Assembly: GCA_051530055.1 (NCBI GenBank)
Contig: CM121342.1
Span: 15,019,480-15,083,479 of the forward strand
Reading direction: 5' to 3'
DNA length: 64,000 nt
Origin: Neoechinorhynchus agilis
Taxonomy: Eukaryota > Animalia > Acanthocephala
Shown here: piece after piece, positions 24,160 through 35,989 of the stretch
Layout of the letters: each line of letters opens with the position of its first letter
How positions within the stretch are numbered: position 1 is the stretch's first letter
Notes under the pieces: model-generated
The model's database searches: none
The model's input: only the letters and a program-made list of their open reading frames with translations
Told to the model about the DNA's origin: nothing
Program-made: the position numbers and the translations under genes

Positions 24160-24657
24160 AAATCAATTATTATAATTCGCTATTAAAAAGTAAAGTATTT
24201 CAAATTGCCGAATATTCCCTCCCGAAAAGATCCGAATGTATTTTTTTGAACAACTCTTAACTGGAGTGCTTTTGTTAGACAATAAACGAATTATTCTCGA
24301 AAAAGAGTTCTAACTTCGAATCTAGCGCCTTTCACTGCTTTGCGAAATAACCAATTTCAGAGCAGCAGCTGTACGCTAAAATGAAAGATTGGTGCCGGCT
24401 GTCGTCGCTTCGGGACGAACTTAAACGAGAAAGCGTACTTACGCCTTTTTTCCAACAGAACATCACTGCAAAACGACTATTTTCAATTCACACCGAAAAC
24501 GTTGTCTTTTGGCCGTACGTCCCTCGATCTTCACTTTTTAGACTTGTCGCTGACGTCAAATATTTCGCTAGATAAACACGGAAGAAGCCTTGTTCGTTGT
24601 TCACTACCTTCCTTACGCTAATACTCCTCAGTGTTCATTGCGTCAACAGGAGCGGCA

Positions 24658-26486
24658 ATGGGCAATATTAAATTCCTCGATTTTGTTAAGCCGTTTTGCC
24701 AATTCCTCCCGGAGATTCAAAAACCAGAACGAAAGATCCAGTTTAAGGAAAAGTTATTATGGACGGCGGTCACGCTTTTTATTTTCCTTGTATGTTGTCA
24801 AGTTCCGTTGTTTGGCATAATGTCCTCGGAATCATCAGATCCGTTCTATTGGATTCGAGTTATTCTGGCCAGTAATCGGGGGACTCTTATGGAACTCGGC
24901 ATTTCGCCCATCGTTACCTCGGGACTGATAATGCAACTTTTGGCCGGTGCAAAGCTTATTGAAGTTGGAGACACGCCTAAGGATCGTGCATTATTTAACG
25001 GTGCTCAAAAACTATTTGGAATCGTGATAACGATCGGCCAGGCTATTGTTTATGTATGGACTGGAATGTACGGACGGCCGTCTGAGATGGGTGCTGGAGT
25101 TTGTCTTTTGATTGTGATTCAATTGTTTATTGCTGGAATGATCGTACTTTTGTTGGACGAACTCCTACAAAAAGGATACGGCCTTGGATCAGGTATTTCT
25201 CTCTTTATAGCTACTAACGTCTGCGAGACCATTGTATGGAAAGCTTTAAGCCCCAGCACCATTATGACCGGCCATGGCAGCGAGTTCGAAGGAGCAATAC
25301 TCGCTTTAGTTCATCTATTGGCTACACGAAAAGATAAAGTCAGGGCTCTTAAGGAAGCATTCTACCGCCCACATCTCCCAAACATTATGAATCTTCTACA
25401 GCAGACTCCGTACGAGGCATACTTATTGAAAACGAGGGAAGGGTTGCGTTTTATGTTTTAATAGCTCCTGTGCTAAATAGTTGGTTTTTTGTAAAACGGT
25501 TTTCACTCTAGGATACACTTTGACATTTTTATCTCTCTACCTTGACCTTTTTTTGGCGATTTAGGTCACATTTTGATGGAATTCTCTCGCTTTTAGATAG
25601 TTTATCAATGATCTTTTGTATTTTCGCTACTATTTGAGGTTTAAAAAAAAGGTTTCTCGTCAACACTTTATGTTCTTGTGTTATTCTTTTTAATCCTTTA
25701 TAAACCTTTTGACGCTTTAATAAGGCTATTCATATATTGTTTTTTAAATTTGAATCCAACTTCAATCGAAGACTCCGGTGCCTCGTCCGAAAGTTCGCTT
25801 TAAGCACAGTCTTGGTGTTTGCGATAGTCATTTACTTCCAAGGATTCAGAGTTGACCTTCCGATTAAATCAACTCGATACGGCGGTCAAAGCTCTTATTA
25901 TCCCATCAAGCTCTTCTACACAAGTAACATTCCGATCATTCTCCAGTCTACACTCGTCTCCAATCTGTACCTAGTGTCTCAAATGCTGGCTTCTCGATTT
26001 TCAAACAACTTCATTGTCCGCCTCCTCGGTGTTTGGGAAGATACCGGTGGTTCTAGAGCATATCCGACCGGAGGAATTTGCTATTATCTTTCCCCGCCGG
26101 AGAACTTCCGAGCGATGCTAAATAATCCAGTCCACGCTCTAGTCTACATCACGTTTATGCTTGGCTCTTGTGCGTTCTTCTCCAAAACATGGATCGAAGT
26201 CTCCGGGTCGAGTGCAAAAGACGTCGCAAAGCAGCTTAAGGAACAACAAATGACAATGCGTGGGCATCGCGAAAAAAGCATCGTTCATGAACTCAATCGA
26301 TACATTCCAACAGCCGCCGCATTTGGAGGCCTCTGCATCGGTGCACTTAGTGTACTTGCAGATTTCATCGGAGCCATTGGATCTGGAACAGGAATTTTGC
26401 TCGCTGTTACAATCATCTACCAATACTTTGAAATCTTCGTCAAGGAACAAAGCGAAATGGGCGGTATGGGCGCCATGTTCTTTTAA
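24658..26486 (+). CDS. SEC61A: Sec61 translocon alpha subunit; exons 24658-25398 and 25803-26486 (474 aa)
   Basis: Near-continuous identity to animal Sec61a ([32 protein letters not shown]...[22 protein letters not shown]). The single interruption falls in NIMNLL|STVLVF and has no in-register GT-AG ends. Confidence 0.97.
25399..25802. other. Non-canonical intron or IES-like insertion in Sec61a (404 nt)
   Basis: cTA|CAGCAGACTCCGTACGAGGCAT...GTGCCTCGTCCGAAAGTTCGCTT|TAagc: TA on both sides, ~22-bp imperfect TIR; removal gives AAT CTT CTA AGC ACA (NLLST). Confidence 0.85.
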
Positions 26487-26754
26487 TGGTGCTGCAACAC
26501 GCATAAGAAATAAAGTGAGCACTTTTATGGCATCTCCGATTTTTTCTTGAAAAATACGATCTTCTCTATTGGCTTAGTTTGTGTTTGTGCGAGATACGAG
26601 AAAATCGCTCATTTATGTGATCTTTATTTTAACTTTCGGAGCACTAGTGAAGATAGACAAAACAACTATAATACGTGCTTGGAAAAAGATGGATTAGTTT
26701 TAAGACTTTTATATTAATAACACGTTTCATTATTGAACAAAGAAGATTAACTAC

Positions 26755-27160
26755 GTACCTCTAGGTCTTCGTAAGCACTCGAGTTCTGATAAGTAATCAA
26801 TGTAGCTATCGATTTTGGAGTGGATTGCGGTTCCAGTCGTGTAAGAAATTTGGTGGTTATTCGCGTCGGGGAGACGGGTTTTTGAGGTTGGGTCTTTCCT
26901 CCAATTGATTTCGGGTTATGACATGCGAGAAGATTGGGCTGCGAGGTATACGAGGATGAATAGAATTGGGGAGGGGCAAAATGTTGTAAAAATTGTGGGA
27001 GAAAATCAACTGTGCAAATTTTATAGGCTCTTCTAGGAAACATTTCAAGACGACGGATTTGTGATTTGGGTAGATCTCAAAAGACGGGATAGCCGTAGGT
27101 GAGAGAAGGTAAAATAAAGCTGCAGTAAAATTTGAAGAGGTCGGGCGAAGGGACAGCACT
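26755..27160 (-). mobile_element. L2/CR1-type LINE 3' fragment
   Basis: Homologous to 32030-32570; LFYLLSPTAIPSFEIY resembles the C-terminal region of the other L2-type copies. Confidence 0.65.
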
Positions 27161-27869
27161 TTAGGATTAGCCCTTAAGTTTCCTTATTTTTATTTACATG
27201 GCTATCTTTGCGCCCAAATTCGGGATTCGGACTGCTACAGTGCCTTAAAATCCACAGGTCAAGTAATCGGTTATTTCCAATGAAACATAAGTGATTTTCG
27301 CAACTGTTCATTTATTAATTATTGTATAATGTTGGCTTCTCCAAAAATAGATATACATTTTGTCATTTGACTGCAGCTAAATTGAAACTTTATGAGTATT
27401 TATTTTTAGGGAACGGAGTTGACAACTAGCACAAAAGGGGACCAAATCAAGAACACGTATTTAACTGAAATTTCAACGATAGCATTTGACCTCTTATGAA
27501 AACTGTGATATTTCTAGATTTTGACTTTATGGCCGCATATTCCGTAAGTTCCTTTTAAATGCATTTGATCAAGGTTAATAAAGTTTGCGTCTTATAAGCT
27601 GTAATTTTGTGAAACATAACTTGATTTTCCAGCCGCATGATTGATCACGTTTTGGGGGTGGAAGAGAAGGGTCGGTGTTTCCCATGGACAACGCGAGGTG
27701 GAGTTCTGGACATCATCTTAATAAAACCCCAGAATTGCTCAATACGCGGGAGGAACTTTTCATACTTCAATGTCGCTACTTTAACTCAGTAAAGATCTCC
27801 GGGCGCCTTTGCAGATTCCTGTAAAGGTGATCCCTTTAAGTGAAAAACAGGCCAAAAACGGAAGCAAAA

Positions 27870-28020
27870 TAAAGGACCAGTGTACCATATTATTCGGATA
27901 TTGATTTGAACCGGCGATATGCGATCCAGCAGCTTCCTGTTGCAGCGAATCAGCGCGGCGATCCAACGCGGCAATGCCGCGGCCATCAAGGAAGCTGCCG
28001 GACAAACATAACATTTGAAG
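27870..28020 (+). mobile_element. CRE-clade 3' terminal fragment
   Basis: SFLLQRISAAIQRGNAAAI. Confidence 0.75.
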
Positions 28021-28088
28021 GGCGAATTATCTAGTTCCAGATTAAGGACAGATTAAAGAATTACAGATTTGTGCTCTGCAAATTAAAT

Positions 28089-28795
28089 CAGACTTGACAT
28101 TGCTGATGCGTTTTTGGCTCAAGGTTTTACGACCGAATGCCTTTCCTGACGCCAGCCCTTTCCATTTGTCGGGACTTGGGACCGGCACTGAGTTATCCCG
28201 ATGACTGGGTGATGAACACCTTCAAATATTTGGGCAGCCTGTTGAACATGCAGTGTGAGCTCGCACCAGAGATCGGACAAAGAGTTCAATGCGTGTGGAA
28301 CAACTGGAGGAAGACAACAGGCATCCTTTGCGATAAGCGTTTCCCGAACAAGCTCAATTGGCGGGTGTACAATGCAGTTGTGCGACCCGCCATGCTCTAC
28401 GGAGCAGAGACGTGGGCTACAAAGAAGGAAGACGTTCAACGATTCGCCGTTAACGAAATGCGGCTGCTGAGATCGTCCGCAGGATTGACACGCAAGGATC
28501 GAGTGTACAAAGAGGAAGTGCCAAAGCTGTTTGCGGTCGAGCCGATCGAGGAGGCAATCGCTAAGAGGCGGATGCGATGGTACCTGCAGGTGACACAAGC
28601 AGATGAAGACGCCTGGGTGAAGAGCGCATGGAGAATCGAGCTCGACGGGAAAAGGAGAAGAGGTAGGCCAAGAAGAGGTGGAAGGACAGTGTGAGCGGAG
28701 ATCTCAAGACGCTCGGAAATGAGAAGAACAAAGACGAAAACCGACAATGCTGAAAAGAACGACCTCTCAAGTGAGAAATGTTGAAAGAAATGTTG
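28089..28795 (+). mobile_element. 5'-truncated RTE (BovB-like) LINE with 20-bp target-site duplication
   Basis: FKYLGS...YNAVVRPAMLYGAETW...GKRRRGRPR; TSD ttgtgctctgcaaattaaat at 28069-28088 and 28796-28815; 3' tail gaaatgttg repeated. Confidence 0.92.
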
Positions 28796-28876
28796 TTGTG
28801 CTCTGCAAATTAAATGCATGCAGATAAAAGAAGAAATTTTTAACACTATCGTCGTACATCATTTTGATATTGATGT

Positions 28877-29595
28877 TCATTTCTTCGACAAGGTCCTAAA
28901 TTCGTGAATTTTCGCCGCAGTCTCTTTCAACCTTCGATACTGGTCGTATATTGGTTTGACGATCTTCACTGACCTTGGAGAATTTGGTCGACCATAACGA
29001 AGCTCAAATTCACTAAGTAGATCCTTCATCAAAGATTTCTCATCGATTACTTGATCGTTACTCATCATGTTCACTCTATTCGGTCGCGATTTGCGATAAC
29101 GGTCTAACTTAATTTTATATCGGGCATTCGAATAATAAAGAACGCCACTCTAAAGCTACGATTTCCTGCTTGTTCTGAACTCCATCTCACATATTCGATA
29201 TTCCCGATTTAGAGTGAATGTGTTCCATGGCGACCCACAAATCTTTTAGTCGATCTGCATCCGATGACCAATTCATAATACCGTCCTTCGATGCCACCAG
29301 AATCATAGGAATGTGCTTGTTTGAGAGACTTGAAATTGATGCTGGACTATCGTCATAATTCGCTCCTTCGACGAACATGAAGTTGGCGATCGCCTTTTGA
29401 ATAGCTTCATGGTATATTTCATCGATTATATTTTTAGACATTCTGGAATAACCTTTCTAAACAATTGAATTAGTAAAAGGTGATGAGTAAGCTGAATTTT
29501 AATGTAATCACTACATTTCGCATAGAGTTCCAGATTTGATATTGGCGCTGAAGCCTTTGAAGTCCGCGCATCATCGCTAAAATGTGATCGGTCAT
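28877..29595 (-). CDS. Small 3-exon gene with FAM13-like C-terminal motif
   Basis: In-frame joins across two GT-AG introns; C-terminus DEKSLMKDLLSEFELRYGRP...VKPIYDQYRRLK resembles the FAM13 repeat EKVALQKALLYYESIHGRP...MKPLYDRYRLVK. Confidence 0.55.
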
Positions 29596-31849
29596 CGAAT
29601 TTTACAATAAATAATGCGCAAACATTAAACAAAAATGCATTCCATAGCGAATAATGCCACGAACCTTGTGGATATGGGATGAATACGTGACTTTTTTACT
29701 GTACGAAAGGTGAATAATTCCCTATTTCTGAAAATGCATGTCATCGATCTAAATGTGGAAACTTCTAAGCTACACCTACTTCCCAGCGTTCCAAAAGCAT
29801 CAACTGTAACATATTTTAAAAAGAATCCCCAAGTCTACTAATTCGCCAATATATTTCATGGATTTGGAGCTGGTAACGTATGGAAACAACATGTCTCATC
29901 AACGAATAACGTCAAGAGTCACATCAATCGGAATAGCTCTGTGTCACAATTTGAGTACGAGATCAATTGTTCAGCAATCAATAAAAGACAAAATCATAAA
30001 AATCCTAATTATATTACACGTTGGTGCAAATAAATTTTTATTCAAAAAGTGGTGATTCAATGCTAGTTTTGTTATTGCCACATAAAAGTATATTAGATTT
30101 AATCGTGACCCAAAATCGCAAATTATAACTTCAATTCCCATTCATTAGTCATGCAAAAGTTGTTTCTACGTGCTGTAAATGTAGCTAAAAAGCACAAAAT
30201 ATCGAATAAAATGCGTTTTTCAGCATATACATCCTACTGGTGAATAAAATTTTGGCTGCTTTGTTGTGCAAACGGTAAAATGTAGATAAAGAGTTTGTTG
30301 TGTCTAATAACAGCATTATGACTGAAGAATCGCTGCGATTAGTGTCCTGTAACTTATTTTGTGCCCAAAATTAGCCTCGTAGCCGGAGAAACCAATCTCG
30401 ACTGATGATTACTCGTATAAAGTTTGATCGACTTGTTTATTTAATGCGTTTATTGAAGATTCGTACAATCGCGCTTATATCACATTTAGAGTCAATGATT
30501 AAATAACCTTTCTTAGACAAAAGGCCAAAATCGTTCACGAACGAGTTTATAAATATTTAATCTAAAAATAATTATCATTCAAATGAACTCTGCCCTGGTA
30601 ACTTGCCAGGTAAAGTTCAAACGCTGACCGTAGATAGCCATTTTTCTAGCTTATATTGAAAAATTATGATAGGCTAGCCAATGAATTGTTTACACCGATA
30701 GATTTCAATTTTAGGTCAAATTTTAAAAGTGAATCCACTGTGGAATTAAATTTCATCTGAATAAAATTTAGGCGCATTGACCGAGTTTCGATTGCATCAC
30801 GAATTTAGAATGCAACATTGGAATTAGTTTGTTACATGTTGTATTTTCTCTTGAAATGTAAATAACAGATTACTTAATCCTTTAAACGACTTTGATCTCT
30901 TTAAATTTCATTGAATAAGCAAAAAACGCTTTTCAAAACATACTTTAAAATTATTGAAAAAAGTCGTACGCTAAGTGTCGAAATTAAAACTAGATTAAAA
31001 ATGTCGAATGCCGAAGAACATTCGATGATTTTGAAAAATCTGACACTCACCCTAAACATCACCATACAGAATCAGAAAAATATTTTGGAACATTCGTTAT
31101 GCAGAGGGCGAGGTATCGAGATACCAAGTAACCTTCCATGTATCTGGAGCATCGAAACACTGAAAGGAAAAACAAAGTGATCTCAAAAAAATAGAAGAGT
31201 GTTTCTTATATTGAAATAAATAATTTTTTGTCATTTGAATTGTACTTATATAGTACAATCTTTAATGTTTCATGAAAGTCATGGAATTTTTTATTTAGGA
31301 GAATGTGAAAAGCATAAAATGGAGGAACAATCGCAGGGTGCTGTCATTTCTATGATTCCGAAAATAGAATATCAGCTACGGGAAAAACCCGTGAATATAT
31401 TAAATCTGTCCAAGTTTTATTTTTAACATGGACAGTTGAGCGGACAGCTATAATGATAAAGTCTTTATTCCTGAGCTTTCGCCGGTCCTGCGTCTTCCTT
31501 ACTAATCCACAAAATCGCGTGGAGATCTAAGCTGAGCTAAAGTTCCAAAATTCAAGCAGGAAGTCCGCTCCCTTTTTGAGCAGTTCTTGAGATTTGTCGA
31601 GCAGATCTCAAGAATTCTCAATTCGCATTGTCAGCGCAAACGCCATCTTTCTTTTTTATCATTACAACGGTCTGCCAAAGTGTCAATTAAAAAAAGGCTG
31701 GAAAATTAAGTAATATTTCACAAGATTTTTATATTTGTTGAGAATATGAGGTAGTAAAAAGTCAACGAGCGGGAATCCGAACGTCAACAACGCGTTTTAT
31801 GTATCTTGTTTAAGAAGAGGACCCATGTACCTATATCACTTTGGAGTCG

Positions 31850-32000
31850 ATGACGGATCCGAAGTGGATGGCGGACGCACAAACAGGTGTATTCCTGCGA
31901 CAAAATATCTCGCAGCACAACGAGGCAATGCTGCTAGCGTGATAGCGGCTAACATTTTGCGGACGGTGGTGATTGTATAAGAACTAACAAATAAACGTTC
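31850..32000 (+). mobile_element. CRE-clade 3' terminal fragment
   Basis: YLAAQRGNAASVI followed by ggacggtggtgattgt, which is also found inverted at ~1520-1535. Confidence 0.65.
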
Positions 32001-32029
32001 TTTTTTTTTAAATATTATTGAACAAAAAA

Positions 32030-32570
32030 GAGAATCCATGTACCTTTGGGTCCCCGTGAACACTCGAAGTTATTAACACTCGAGTTCTGAAGGGGTTAAA
32101 AGAACGTGGTTGGTTATATTTGCTGTGGATTACGGGTTCGGTCGGGTGAGAAAGTTAGTCGTTATTGTTTGAGGGAGAGTTTGTTAGGGTCTTTCCTAAG
32201 GTTCATTCCGGTTGAGGCTAAAACGAGTTGCGATTACGAGTGGAGTGCTTATGTGAAAAGGGGAACAAAACGTGTTAAAAATTATGGTGGTGCTGACGAT
32301 GAGATGCGTTTTGATTTTTTGGTGGAAATTTTATAAAGGCATTCGTTGAGTGGGAGAAAATCAACTGTGCAAATTTTATAGGCTCTTCTATGAAACATTT
32401 CAAGACGACGGATTTGAGATTTGGGTAGATTTCAAAAAGCGGGATAGCCGTACATGAGCGAGGGTAAAATAAAGCTGCAGTAAAATTTGAAGAGGTCGGG
32501 CGAAGGGATTCCTAAGTGTAGGAGGCGTTTGAGGAGATAAATTTTATAGGTATGGTGTTAGAAGGATAGT
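32030..32570 (-). mobile_element. L2/CR1-type LINE 3' fragment
   Basis: Shares long blocks with 26755-27160. Confidence 0.65.
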
Positions 32571-33403
32571 GTAACGTTCGAGTCCCATTTCAGATTATCG
32601 ATTTTTACAAGAAAAAACCCATTCTTTTATTTCCACTATAAATCCCTAATGGAAAGTATTTCATTCGGAGTTTTGAAGGTGTTACCATTGCTGCTGCATT
32701 TTTAATGGCCGCATGTCTTTAAAGTCGATCTTTCATTTGGCGGAGTTCTTGGTATTATGTGAGTGAATCTGTCGTTATGTGCAAAGGGTCAGTGCATGAT
32801 CAGATTTATTGTCTTCTTTCCTTGATGGACTGGATATTATATGTATGGTTTGGTTGCCGAATCTTTTGGTCAGGATACCTTCAGTGGTAACAAAAGACGT
32901 ATTATCCGAATCGTCTATGACGAGCAAACTTTTTGATTCCGGGTAATTTCTGCCCTAAGTAAATCTTCTCGCATTAAAAACAAGGGATTCGTCACAGAGA
33001 TGGAAATACAATGGACTATGACTGCAGAAAGTCCGGGATGTTAATGTCAAAAGATACGACGATGGTGCTATTTGCACACGGATCTACCTGAAATCCAATT
33101 TTCCCCGAGGCCTATTTTACTGGCCAAAATTGCTGCAACACTATCATACTTTTGGAGAGCTAATCAAATTGTTTCTAGTGCTGAATCGTGGTTTAAAGAA
33201 TTAAATTGGGTATTAAACGAGAATAATTAAGGGGGTCACCGTTAGTCCCATCGCTATTTAGCCTTCGAAATAAAGAACGGATTTAATGGGATTGGTCCAA
33301 TTGCGACAACAATTCCTTGCACGAAAGAAATCATATTCGTTTTCGCATTGTTCAAGCCTTAGACTTGTGAAATTTAAAACGATAATCGTAATTTTGAAGT
33401 CAA

Positions 33404-35361
33404 ATGATACGTTTCAGAACACTGTCCTTCTTCGCTTTCTTAGTTTTCTATGGTTTTTCCAAGTATACGGATGAGCAAGATGCTTTGTTTTCAATAAAAT
33501 GGCCGGGTCCATCGATGGATTCATTTGGCGATGATTTTGAACTCTTAAGAATGTATACGGGCTCAATGGGCGTTTATTCATGTTTTGTACCCAAAAGTCG
33601 ATCTGTTCAGCCAAACAAAAACACGTCCAATGAGGATATTCTAAAATTGTTTTCCACACACCTTACGAATTTCCTGAAATCTCGTCCTCAGTGCATTAGG
33701 AAGCCTGAAAACTATTGGGTTTTTGAACTATGCCATGGATCCCAAGTACGACAGTTTCATACGGGTGGACCAGAGTACAGTCTCGGTTACTTCGACAATC
33801 ACACCAACCTCGTTCTTGATCGCCGATTCATTGAACGGAAGCGGTCTGATGGCGTTTTTGTTCATTATGAACAGGGATCAGAATGCCCTCTTCTAGGTGA
33901 AGAATCTGAGCGCAGTGTGAAAGTATTTTATACCTGTGGGAAAACGAAAAGGATTATACGCGTTACCGAAGTATCCACTTGTACTTATGAGATTATTTAA
34001 AGCTTTGTTCTCTCAGCTACCAAGATTAAAAGAGAACAATGCTGCACACCGATCCATGGGTTTGTGATGTCTTCGAAGACGCTCAGTTGGATAATGTTAA
34101 GCTGATCAATTGCGTCCCTGAGGGATCTACGGCTAATATTCCATCGGCACAAATGGAACTCGACGCAACGGTTGAAAGGGCGAAGCAGTCAGAAAACGCT
34201 AAACCGATTGTCATCGATACAAGCGACGGAAAGAAATTTTTTGTTCATATTTTGTTTGACGGAGACGAAAAGCAGCAAATTTTTGTAGATGGATTCGTGT
34301 GATGGCTCAAACGTTGCCATAAAAGTCTCCTTAAACCTTTGGGTACCTGAATTTCTGGTAAAGTCACTTCTGCATGCATTCCTGGCTAAAGACGATGAAA
34401 TCAATAGCGTGATCCCATTTCTAAAGGCCCTATGAATATACGCTCTTGCTTATACGATTTTGTGTTTTATTTTTGCCATAAGGCGATTAAGCTATACAAA
34501 TGATTCGATGGGTGAACCTTCCTGCTTCAGGAAATTAGGTCTGTCGCCGATCTTCTAACAACGTTTATTTACGAATCTATGATCATTTGTATTAGAAACG
34601 TACAATGAATTTATTGGATATTTTATTGTGACTTTTTGAAAGCTAGATAATTTATTTACTTTCAGAACATAAAGTGCAGCTTGTTTGATTGATTTCATGT
34701 CCTTTTACCATCACTCGTTTCACTAGAAAATCACGGAAAAGACGCATTCCTTAAGGAGCCGCTATCTCCAATGCGAGCGAACGATCTTCGATTTACGTCC
34801 GAGAACGATACGATGTACATTCTTAGACACATTTTCAATAGCCATTGCGTCCAAGGCGATTTTGGATTTTGGCAATTCGAATTTTGTTACGGATATTGGG
34901 TTCGACAATTCCATCAGTTTGCTCAGGGTGCAACCCATTCAATCGTACTCGGTCGTTGGAATCAAGAAAAGCATATCGATTGGTACAAGAACGTTAATAT
35001 CGCAAACGATCCGGACACAATAATACTATACTATTCAGACGGGGATTCTTGTGCCGCGATTGCTGGCCACAATCGAAATGTTCGAGTGTTGATGAGATGT
35101 GTTAAAACGAAGTCTGAGCCTGTCGCGTTAACTGGACAGGTGACTACAAATGATGAACGCATTGCACGGGGATTACGGATGCGTCTTCATGAACCAACCA
35201 GTTGCAGTTATGTTCTTGTAATGGAATCTCCCGCATTTTGCTTATTACGAGATTTTGTAGACAAGGACACTGGGTTAATCAATACAGGAGCCGTTTTCGT
35301 TAATGAAATTTTCGAGAGTGAAAAGGACGGAAAGGCGAAAAATGAGAAAATTGAGCTGTAG
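33404..35361 (+). CDS. ERLEC1: ER lectin ERLEC1/OS-9 family, two MRH domains, multi-exon
   Basis: Signal peptide; MRH1 NYWVFELCHGSQVRQFH...YEQGSEC...EVSTCTYEI; MRH2 GFWQFEFCYGYWVRQFH...YSDGDSC...EPTSCSYVLVMESPAFC; KIEL C-terminus. Middle exons (34350-34720) not fully resolved. Confidence 0.85.
33998..34044. other. Non-canonical intron or IES-like insertion in ERLEC1 (47 nt)
   Basis: att|TA-AAG-CTTTGTTCTCT-loop-AGAGAACAATG-CTG|CAc: hairpin arms, flanks TA/CA; removal gives TCTYEII(H/Y)TDPWVC, matching the spacing of ERLEC1 TCKYEVVILTPLLC. Confidence 0.75.
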
Positions 35362-35989
35362 AAATACACTTATAAATGTACGATGTGTCCGTATGCTGAT
35401 TTATAGCGATAGAAATGTTCAGCAGGGATTATGCCTCCATGCTCTCCTTCAAGACAATATTGAAGAATCAGAAACTGTGCGAAAATCATGGTCGGTTCGC
35501 TGGTCTAAGTTAAAAGAATAGATTTATAAATGCACAATCGATCATGACCATAAGTTATTTTCTCATCGTACTCAAATTTCGCTCCGGCTCAGTGGTGTTA
35601 CTTAAAGCAATATAGACTTTGTAAAATTAAGGCAACTAAATTCATCTCCCTTTGTTTTATCTCGTATAAGGTGTTTATTTTTTGCAAGCACGATTACGTT
35701 TCCATTTAATGTGTCTAACAGAAGCGCATTAAGATGTGAAAAATATATAATTTATAGTTTATAATTTTGTAAATTAAATTGTAATTAAACCAAACAGTAT
35801 CGGGTATTTTATATGGCAAAAAATATCTTTAATTTTCTTGGGAAATGGACATTTAGTAGAGACCTGTTTTTTGTCCGCATGTATAGTAAAGCCTTCCAAA
35901 AAAGTGAAATTAAGGAAAATCTACAAACGGAATTTTTTTATTGTGACAAGTTTTATTTACTTTACTGGTCAGTTCTCTTAAGGTCATTC

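Noticed and set aside
27200-27720. Series of GT/AG-like sites suggesting small exons
   Set aside because: No open frame through the candidate junctions.
30911-31426. Two short plus-strand ORFs
   Set aside because: No recognisable motif and no consistent splice phase; cannot be supported as a gene.
32650-33120. Possible minus-strand exons divergent from ERLEC1
   Set aside because: Frames could not be joined and no homology was recognised.
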